The notes beneath the pieces are model-generated. The model worked only from the letters and a program-made list of their open reading frames with translations, did no database searches and was not told where the DNA came from. A stretch of 64,000 nt of DNA from Ruditapes philippinarum (Eukaryota), in assembly GCF_026571515.1 (NCBI RefSeq), contig NW_026862067.1:62001-126000 (forward strand). The letters are read 5' to 3'. The position numbers and the translations under genes are program-made. Shown in pieces: positions 54,687 through 64,000 of the stretch. Every line of letters begins with the position of its first letter. Position 1 is the stretch's first letter.

Positions 54687-57629
54687 TAACGCAATAGAAA
54701 ATAACCTAAAACTCAGTGCCAAGTGACAATCCAAATGTTTCCTCTGGCTTGAACTCCAGCTTTCACCAAATGGCCCAAACACTCACAAATGTTTTTATGA
54801 CAGTAATTACAGACGTGTGTGATTTATGGACTTCAATGTCTTCAAAAGTGTTTAATATAAAATATCTGATTGATTTTGTCCATGTAACATACACTAGTAT
54901 ACCTACATTTGACATAGATAAGTGACTTGTCATTTAACATAACAGGCTAGTACAAATTCAGGAGATACCAAAGTTTTAATATACCATGAAAATTTTCATC
55001 CTTTAAGACTACTTACATTAGTTTTAACTGCATCAAACTGTCAAACTTCGCGAAATTTCTTTTCATGTGGATCACCATTAAATGCTCTGTTTTTGTTTTC
55101 CGTTCGGAAGGACCAGTTTGAAAATATGTCATAATACTAATAGGATGGATTAAACGGAAGAAGTTTACTTTTTCATCCATAATTATCAAAGTAAAAATGT
55201 TTAACTCAAACGAAAACGAAAAGTGTAAAATTTTGAAGAAATAAATAAAATAAATAAATGAATAAAAAAAATAATGAAAAAATAAAAAATAAAGAAAGAA
55301 AAAAGGAAATAAAAATGTACCATGTGTCTGGGTTCTTATAAAATTAAATCTACAAACTAAGTGAATCTAGTTAGGATAGATTCTAATACGGGTTCACTCA
55401 TGTATACAAAAGAGGGTTGACAATAAAAGAGGAGTGACAATAACCATTTAACCACAGGGTCCATAATTTTGAGCAATGAGATATTAAATGTGTTCAAACA
55501 CATATTATCTCATTGCCAAAAACCTGAATTGTGGGTGTGTTTATGGGGAGGGAGTGGGGGGGGGGAGCGTCCGTGGTTTACGGAACGTCGGTGGTTCTAC
55601 CCAGGTGCCTATTCGTGCCTGAAATAATGCGTGTACACTTGCGGTCGCCTCCAGTCGCCAAAAGACCTATTCTGTGTCGGGGTGTCGTAACGCCCAATCA
55701 AACAAAACCAAAGCAAAAAAGAGAATCAGAACCAGAATCCCTTAAGAAAGGCTAACACGACAAAATGGACAATGTTGCAGGCTTGGTTTGATAGAGCCTG
55801 TTCATGGACGGCACTGGAAAGTGCAAATTACCGGATTTGTTCATACCGTATGTGTTCATACGGCGATTATCATGGAACCCTCAATGTGACACAGTAGTGC
55901 CATATGACATTTATCAAAATCATTTATAGTGACTGCAATTAAATCCGATGGAAATTTCAAAACGAGGTAATTACATAATCATACTTATTTAAATTAATAA
56001 GAACTAACATAAATTTCAGTCTTTCAAATCTATGTAACTAATGTAAACGATATGTCTTGCAATAAGATAATATAAACTACTTCAATGTATAATAATTAAG
56101 CCAAAGCGGAAATTTTCTTCCTAATGTAGATCATTTTAAGCAAGACTTTTGTCATTGAACTGGAACGTTAATCCGTGCTAAATCCACGGAAAATGCGATT
56201 CCTCACTTGAATACTGTTTGTGTGACAAATGACTGGTCTCTTAACGCGCAACAATGTCCTATTACATCGCTTGTTGCCATTAAATAAAACGTGAACTAAA
56301 GTAACTAGAATCAAATCATATTAAATTTGACATGTAAGTATCTACTTGTGTAATCACCAGACCGTCAGGTTAGACCAATAAGTAAAGTGTCTGTCGTACT
56401 GGTGGTCTACATGGAGAAGTTCAAACAAAAGCATAAACTGGGAATAAATATACTTTTTACTGGCAATGAAGAAAAAAGAATAAAAAAGCAAAAAACGAAT
56501 CAGGTTTGTTTGCATCAATGAAATTTATAAAACTGTAATCCAATTGTGACAATATAATAATACCTATAGAATAATACTTATAATACTTTTAAATCCGAAA
56601 GCATACATGCTTGTAGGTGGGAGGTCGACACACAGTATAAAATACTGACCTATAATTAAAAACTAAGTCTATTTTTTTAGGATAATCTTTTAGGTGTGTT
56701 AGATTCATCTCAAGCTGATGCTGTGGCTTGAACCCACAACATCTGGGTTGCTAAATGGGAAAAAACACAAATGAGTTTTACCACTAAGAGGCCCTTAATA
56801 TTGACATAAAACGTTTGTTGAAATTGCGATGTCAAACGGTGGTGTTGTGACATTTAACGCTAAGGGAAAATCGTGCAACATTAAACGGCCGTGTTGCGAC
56901 ATTAATTTTATGATACAATATTTTGCGACATTTAGTGGCAATGGTACGACATTTTGCGGCAAATGCGATATTTATCGACGTTGAAACATTTATGACACAT
57001 TCCCACTTTCATTTAACTGACAAATACTTTATTATTCTTTGACATATGTTTGCATTTATCAGATACACTTACAATCTGTGACTATAGCAAAAGTAAATTC
57101 AATTCAATACTAATTCACATGAAAATTTCTCTAAAGCTTCATTTTCATGTAGTACAATTTCATATATTAATTTCTTTACCATGGTTGTCTTAAATGAAAC
57201 GAAAGATTTAAAACACATTAATAAAATAATATATGAGATTAACGTTATCTCTTTACATATATTTCTGAAAACCAGTGAACTGCCTTGGTACTGCAGTACA
57301 AGTTCCGCATTTTGTATACTGTAGTGCAGTACCATTACTAGTAGTAGCAAAATATGGTGTGAGTAATTTTCAGTACCTCCAGTACTTACAAAAAAGACTG
57401 CATCGCGTACTGTACTACCAGTACCGCATGTCTGATACAGATTGTTTAATATTTTAACACTTAATATTATATTTTACGTGATCATTTATATAAATATCAG
57501 CGGACGTTCAAAGATATAAGTAAATCATTATATTCTGTTAAAATGCAGTAAATATAAAAAGCCGCAATGCTTCGGACCTCATAGCATTGTAGTAACCCTA
57601 AGTCAACTCCAGACCTTAAACATACTTCA

Positions 57630-57848
57630 GCCTTTTTTGGGCACCAAGCCTTAGCCCATGGCGACTTTTCAGCTTTACTGATGGAGGAAGATCTTACGTT
57701 AATTTTTCCTGGCACGCACGGGCCCTTGAGTAGAAGTAAGGTATCTGACATAAAAGAATTCAAAGTCCCTAGCAGAATTCGAATCCACATCGGTGTGGGC
57801 TGGTTGTTTGAGGTCAGCGACCTTAACAACTCAGCCATGGAAGCTTCC
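57630..57848 (-). mobile_element. tRNA-derived SINE with intact head
   Basis: Minus strand TGGCTGAGTTG A-box and GATTCGAATTC B-box; the head is missing from the paralogous copy at ~40160. Confidence 0.7.
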
Positions 57849-58072
57849 TAACTGATCGGTTTCTACAATGCTACGAGGACCATAGTGCTAGGTAATTGTC
57901 ATAAAGTTAGTCATTACTTTACTCCAGATTTGATTTTTTAACTACTGTTAAATGCATTCTTCTTTGTATCATCTGTAATGCACATCTTCAATAATTCAAC
58001 GAAAATAAAAACATCTAAAATATTATGTCTTACATGCATCGTAGAAAAACAGTAAATATGACGTTATTTTAC

Positions 58073-58378
58073 CTTGAAGTTCAAGAAGCATTGCCTTAAC
58101 TGCCGATGTGACATTACTGACTTCTTTCACACTGGTCTCGAAGCCATTTTCAAGCTGTTGTTGATTTGTTTTCATTTGATCACTAACTTCCGTCTTGATA
58201 TTTTCAACTCTATAAACACATTGCTCTACCTCAAATTTCAGTCTCTCCATTTGAAACTCTATGCGTACCATTTTTCCAGCACCTTTTCCTCAAAATCATA
58301 TTTAGAACAGCGAGGTTCTTCACAATTCCTTCCATTTGTCAAAAGAAATAGAAGAAACACTATTTTAGAGAGCGACAT
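58073..58378 (-). pseudogene. C1q domain-containing protein C, exon 1 with a 1-bp frameshift (real or sequencing error)
   Basis: Near-identical to exon 1 of A and B, but the T6 run is T5 at 58271-58275; ATG at 58378 and donor G|gtaaaa are intact. Confidence 0.75.
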
Positions 58379-61300
58379 GTTTCACGAATGACTTTTCTGT
58401 TTGCTTTTCTTGAAAGAATAGCATTACTTCTAAGAGCTATTCATTTGTTTCATTTTACACGAAATCCTAATCATGCTATTATGCTATACAGACGTATGCC
58501 AACATTTTTACACGTTACTTGTCTTTTCAATTACACTTTAAAGGTTTTCTGTGTCACAATATTTCCAAAACAATGTTTTGCAGGAAGTTTTGGCAGACGT
58601 CTTCAAAAACATAACTTCAGTTTCCATTATTGTTTACTTTGGCAGAAGTTCCATGGAAGATATTTTGGTACATCAAAGCAATTTATTAGATGCTATGTAC
58701 TGTTTGCGACGATAACTTCAACTGCAGGTCTCTATCCTTTTCATACCATCAAACAATCATACATACCGTCTATAATTTCTGTCGGCAGAAGGTTGGGCCA
58801 TTTCCAAATGAGTCTTTGGATATAACTTTCAATTAAAATATCAAATATTTCCAAAATGTCGGGTGTTTCATTCGCAGTGCAATGACCCATGCGTTTTCTG
58901 CGATGTGAAACTGCTTTTAAAACACAGTAAGTCTTATCATACATGAATTTAAATGCCTATATCACCAGTTTATACCTTTAAATTGTATAAGATTCTTCTT
59001 CATTGCCCATCTGACCACATACATGATTATAAAAAAATAAAATTATATACCATATATTTGCACTCTTGCTGATCATCAAATGAAATGATCAGTTGTTAAT
59101 CGATATAGATATTGATATTCCATCAGCTATGTCTGTAGGGTTTACTTTTGCCGGGAAGCATATATATAATGTTTTTATATATAGGACATTTTGAAAATAA
59201 ATAAGACTGGTGATGGTATTTTCCATCATGTTAAAAAGTTCTGAAATTACTGTGTAAATTATTTAGATTTCCTAAATAAAGTGTCTTTTTGCTTTAAAGG
59301 TATGGCATAAATTTTAGAGAAAAGTTGACCCACTTCCGAATAATAAGAAAAATAAATATTTGCTTAAGAATAATCATGAAACATTCACTGTCTTGGTTAA
59401 ATTGTCATGAAAGTTGCTTTAAATCTATGGTTATAACCGAATCGGTTTCATTACAAGGAACGTCTTTGTTCTTTGTTCTTTGTTCTTTCATCCTTATGAT
59501 TAATAATGTGTAATATTGTTCTATGGTCTTTTTTTGACCACTATCAAGTAATCTGTGTTTACTGTAAAACAGGTCTTAAATCAAATTATACGTTATACAC
59601 TAAACACATTTCTTCTATTCACCAGCACTATTAAAAAAATAAACTTTTCTTACTCTATTTTTCTTGTTTTATATTAGATATACTAATATCGAAGCAAAAT
59701 CCGTCGGTATACGATAATACGCTTTTTTGGCAACAGTAAAGAGAAATAGCAATCAAAAGAGGAAACTTATTGGTTTGTGTATTTCGTGCTATACGTTGCT
59801 GTTGTAAGACATTAAGGTTTTTTTGTTTAATTCTACCAAATGACACATTTATGTATTCAAAATTTTTGATGATTCTCTCTTTATGTAATGAATAGTTCAG
59901 GAAACTCATATCAGACAACCTGCAGCTTGTGTTCAGAAAGCCGTACAAACTTAAGTGACATTACGGGGTGAATATCCATGCTCAGTCCGTACAGACTTGT
60001 ACTTGTGGGCAATAAGGTTGCTTATTGGGTGCAAATATGTTGCTTATGAGGTTTAGATATCAAACAAGATCAAAGACAAAAAAACCAAAATGTCAACTCA
60101 GAAAGAAGATTCGGTGAGCCAGGACAGAGGCAAATGCAGAATATTAAAGTTTTTGATGATTTCTTTTTAATTTTTGACGGGCATATTAAGATACTTAAAG
60201 TTATTGACAGGACATCTCAGGAGGGAGATCAAAATTTTTATTTTTCAAGTGTAAAAAAAAAGAAATAAGATTTTCATAGCAGTAAAAGTAATTAACCATT
60301 TCATATTAAGATATATTTCATGTAGCATGTCCACGTGATGTTAGAACAATAAATGACGAAAATGAATTTAAAAACATTGAAACAGAACTGGATCTTCTGT
60401 ATATAGCTGTAATACCTTCTTCCATAATATTTTGCAGGTTCTTTTGCTTATGTCGAGTTTGTTATCAGTCTACAATATATTAACTAATCTGTAATATGAC
60501 AATTAGATTTTTTACAAACCTAACCATCTCGGATTGCATTGATTTTTAATTTATTGTAAAAACTAATTAAGGTTCAGTTGCCAAGGAACATACTTGTCAG
60601 GGAAGGAATGTGCCAGAATAAAGGTTCCTGAATATGGTCAAAGTCTGGTCACGTATATGAGAAGAATGTTTTTAACTGTTATATTGGTTGATTGCACTGA
60701 TATGTACCTGTTACTCAACAATTAAGCTGTATATGATGATGCACTATGTACAAATCAAAGGAATAAAAGTTCTGTGAAACCAAATAGAAAACTTTGATAA
60801 ATATTTTGTCATTCCGTTTGAACAATTACACCTTTCCATTGATCGGTGTATCATCCTTAAAACTGGCGGTTACATCAAGTTTGGCAGTGATACTACATTT
60901 CTGGAACAGTTATCACTACTCTATTCAGTTACAATCATCTTTCCTGGTTCGGTGCCGTATCACCTAAGTTGTGTTGGCGTTCCTTTAACCAAACAAAGCA
61001 AACAAAACATTGTCTGATTTTCTCTTTATAAATTATAGTCATAATCATTTATCTTTCATTTGTAATAAAGTTATTTTGTGTATCCAAGTAGTTTTAATAA
61101 TTAAAATGACAACGTTTTGTTCATTTCAAATACACGATTTTATTTAATCCGTATCTTTAAATGATATTGGTTGTTACGTTTTACTTTCTTATAAAAACAT
61201 AGATGTTGTTTTTAAATAATGTATTAGTGTGTAGCTTGTTCTAAAATAGAATAAAATCATAGTTTTTATATAAACAGTTCAAAAACTCTGATATAAATCA

Positions 61301-61772
61301 TGATTGATTGCAACTGAATGCAATGTCGTTATACAACCCTGAACATAAACATAAATTATATGTATAATTAGATGACAAAATGTTAAGAATAGTTATTACT
61401 GACATACATGTAGAAAACGAATCTTTAGATTGTCTTTATTGTTTTGCAAATCCTTCCCGGCTGTTAACATTTTATAAACATTTTTTAGGTTGTAGAGCAG
61501 ATTTCTTGTTTCTGGTTTCTGAAATATATCATGTATTTTTTAAATGAATAAATCAGGTATTTCTTTTGATCAATAGGACATACAGTTTTATGTTTAAAAC
61601 AAATCCAATTATCTTGATCAAAAGACATATAAAATATAACATGTTTTTGGAAAATTAGATTAAAATTAAATAAACTGCTCTCTCTATTCTTTCGCCTTTT
61701 AAAGTACTAAACACCATTATGATGTGGTTATGCTACTGTGTCAAGTTTAGTACGTAATGAACGTTTATACGC

Positions 61773-62197
61773 ATTTTTGGCTCGACTATTTCTCGAAGAA
61801 AAAAATAATGGAGGCATTGTAACAGTCATTGTGCCGTTGCTGTTGTCGTCCGAAAACTTTAACATAAATCATAACTTTTTACGTTCTTGGTTTATTGGTG
61901 TATTGTCTTCATACTTGGCATCAAAAACACTGGAGACAAGACCTTCAAGTTAATCAAATTAAACATGACCATTATTCATAAATGGCCTTGACTTTCAAGA
62001 TCAAATGTCTACATTTTGCTTGTCTTCTTCCATTTGTGGTTAAAACTTTGTTAATTTAGATTGAATTGTCTTCAAACTTGAATGCAACACCTTTACATTA
62101 ACGAGACAGACTTTGACCCTCTCTCATAAATGACCTCGACATTGAAGGTAAAAATATTGAAATTTTTCTTCTTAATTTGCTGTCACTTTGTAAATAA
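61773..62197 (+). mobile_element. Paralogous HINE copy, interrupted by the DIRS-like element
   Basis: Matches 45041-45455, then similarity stops abruptly. Confidence 0.6.
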
Positions 62198-62426
62198 AAT
62201 TATTCACGTTTCCCATTGTTATTTCATTCCAGTCCATAGTTTAGTTTATGCTTTGATAAGTCTACAACATATTTTGTTTCATGCATATTTTATTACATTG
62301 CACGGTTTTCACGTGTTTTGTACCAGTGTGTAGGTATATATTCGGTGTTTTACTATTGTTTCTCACTCGAGGCAGTATTTGACAGCTTTTAACACGTTCT
62401 TTAGAGTTATAGTTATTTAGAATACT

Positions 62427-63248
62427 ATGTCGCGGGAAAATTCGCCACTACGTGCAAGTTTTTCAACAGTTCCAAGGGATGAAGTTGTCTCCGAATTGAA
62501 GGGTTATTTTGATGACAAATTTAGTTCGCTTCAACGTGATTTGAAACGTGATGCTGAGTGGACTGTTTCTTCAGCGACAAAGAAGGTAAAAAAGGATTCT
62601 TTAATTTCATTCAAGTCTTATCAGAACAGGAAACAGTTCGAGTTCAATAACACTGTTTTAGACTTACTTGACAATATTGATAAGGCAGTTTCCTACAGAG
62701 AGGCGTCTAAAGCTAAGGACTTTCTTGCTGAAGCTAAGGATGCTATAACTCATAGAAATAAATTGATACGTATTGCTGACGGTTCAGATCTTGGGTGGTC
62801 TACCATAAATGAGTACGAGTTACTGGAAGTAGCGTCTGATTCAGATGATGATAAAAGAATTCGTCGTGCTGAAGAGCGCGCTAAAAAGAAGGCTGATAGA
62901 AATGCTTATTTTAATGATAACCGTTTTGCTAGTTCTTTTCGTAACAGCAGAATTTCCAGAGCCGCAGAAGGCCGTCGTTTTGGTCACGGAGACGTGGAAG
63001 GACGACGTTACGTTCAGGCAGACTTGGAAGGACGACGCTCCTCTCTTGGATACCTGGAAGGACGACGTTTTGTTCCGGGAGAAGTCATTTGTTTCAAGTG
63101 TGGCCAAGAAGGGCATTATGCCAATTTCTGTTCCTCACACCGAAGAGCTTTCATGGTGCAGCAATCCAGGAACAAAACAGCTTCAGCAGCAGCAACAAAT
63201 TCTGATGCCACCCAACTCCTCGCACCAGAAGACAACAAACAAGAATGA
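62427..63248 (+). CDS. Gag-like protein with CCHC zinc knuckle
   Basis: 273-aa ORF; RNKLIRIADGSDLGWSTINEY...ASDSDDDKRIRRAE resembles DIRS/Ngaro ORF1; CFKCGQEGHYANFC knuckle. Confidence 0.85.
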   Translation: MSRENSPLRASFSTVPRDEVVSELKGYFDDKFSSLQRDLKRDAEWTVSSATKKVKKDSLISFKSYQNRKQFEFNNTVLDLLDNIDKAVSYREASKAKDFLAEAKDAITHRNKLIRIADGSDLGWSTINEYELLEVASDSDDDKRIRRAEERAKKKADRNAYFNDNRFASSFRNSRISRAAEGRRFGHGDVEGRRYVQADLEGRRSSLGYLEGRRFVPGEVICFKCGQEGHYANFCSSHRRAFMVQQSRNKTASAAATNSDATQLLAPEDNKQE

Positions 63249-63334
63249 TCTGTGTGTAAGACTATCAAAATATGATAAGTATTTATTTTTTTGAACAATT
63301 TTGTCAGTTAGATGAATGTACTGTTTTTTTTTTT

Positions 63335-63710
63335 GCGAATACAAAGAATCTCAAGTAACTGTACAAACAAACTCTGTTAAAGGTAGATTAAAAAGTTGTA
63401 TTTCGTTTGGAAGGACACTATTCGGCCTTCTAACAATGAAATAATTTCTTTTATAGAACAAGGTTATGTTATTCCGTTTGTTGACAAACCTCCGTCTTTT
63501 TATTTAAAGAATAACAAGTCGGCTTTAAAGAACAAAGAATTTGTAGATTCAGCTTTACAGGATCTGTTAGATAAAAAGTGTGTGTATGAAACAATTTTTA
63601 AGCCATATAACATTAATCCATTATCTGTTGCCGAAAATTCGTCTGGCAAGAAACGTCTCATTTTAGAATTTTTGGTACGGAACATTTCACTAGTAAAGTG
63701 CTTGTTATAC
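63335..63710 (+). pseudogene. Truncated, frameshifted pol (RT N-terminus joined to a probable pol C-terminus)
   Basis: SVKGRLKSCISF/WKD...GYVIPF...NNKSAL...NPLSVAENSSGKKRLIL, then a switch to IFGTEHFTSKVLVIR; RT catalytic core and RNase H absent. Confidence 0.8.
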
Positions 63711-63797
63711 GCAATATTGTAGGGGAGATAACTGTAAAATGGGTTTTAATTTAACACTCGTTTATTATTACCTTTGTATATTTTTGTCAATTTGCAG

Positions 63798-64000
63798 GCT
63801 TGTTTGATTTATGTAGATGGAAAGACTTAACAGACACATGCAACAGTTCTGGTCTTCCGATGTCCGTTGTTCCAGAAGTAAAACGCACTATTTTGGGTAG
63901 CAGAGAACATAGTACAGTGAAAAATTATATGTATGCTTTTGAAAAATTTTGTAATTGGTGCGATAAATGCAAGTTATCTTCTTTGCCAGCTTTGCCTGTC
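63798..64000 (+). CDS. Tyrosine recombinase N-terminal (core-binding) region, partial
   Basis: After tttgcag|: LFDLCRWKD...ILGSREHSTVKNYMYAFEKFCNWC...LPALPV, matching the SR..ST...Y...F..F..WC pattern. Confidence 0.75.

Larger units (their letters stand above)
51430..56990. mobile_element. Paralogous copy of the AAATGTCGCA-ended element (intron of gene C)
   Basis: Same inverted arrays at 51445-51585 and 56825-56985. Confidence 0.6.
48575..62197 (+). repeat. Segmental duplication, copy 2 (carries C1q gene C)
   Basis: Colinear with 29920-45455; homology stops where the DIRS-like element begins. Confidence 0.9.
62200..64000 (+). mobile_element. DIRS/Ngaro-type tyrosine-recombinase retrotransposon, internally deleted, continues past the window
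   Basis: Order gag (CCHC), RT N-terminus, YR N-terminus is the DIRS-order arrangement. Confidence 0.85.

Noticed and set aside
57770-57848. tRNA-like sequence (also 30590-30663)
   Set aside because: A and B boxes run into a shared SINE body and no intact cloverleaf is evident; SINE heads, not tRNA genes.
58388-58944. ORFs repeated in both duplicate copies (e.g. 58388-58825 / 40691-40918, 57099-57350 / 39534-39785)
   Set aside because: Similarity is explained by the recent duplication; some frames break between copies and there are no domains.

Overview
AT-rich eukaryotic DNA with spliceosomal introns. The coiled-coil C1q genes and the repeat families suggest a bivalve mollusc, probably a venerid-type clam (inference). 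Left to right: (1) a minus-strand SPEF1-like (CH-domain) gene with four clear exons, followed by a run of small frame-preserving candidate exons that the ORF track misses; three of them encode look-alike peptides and one sits inside an RNA stem; (2) a divergently transcribed three-coding-exon Deltex-family RING-DTC E3 ligase (~417 aa) with an acidic repeat-containing N-terminus and IRF/NF-kB-like motifs upstream; (3) a tandem array of two-exon secreted coiled-coil + C1q genes (two intact, one with a 1-bp frameshift, one decayed exon) on a ~17-19 kb segmental duplication, with near-identical stalk exons but divergent head exons; (4) many non-autonomous transposons (Kolobok-like with an empty site in the duplicate, Sola2-like and 8-bp-TSD MITEs, Helentron-like HINEs, tRNA-SINEs); (5) an internally deleted DIRS/Ngaro tyrosine-recombinase retrotransposon running off the right end. 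There is one assembly gap (12880-13012) and no CRISPR, rRNA or true tRNA genes. All splice models were derived by hand and need RNA-seq confirmation; identity estimates are by eye.
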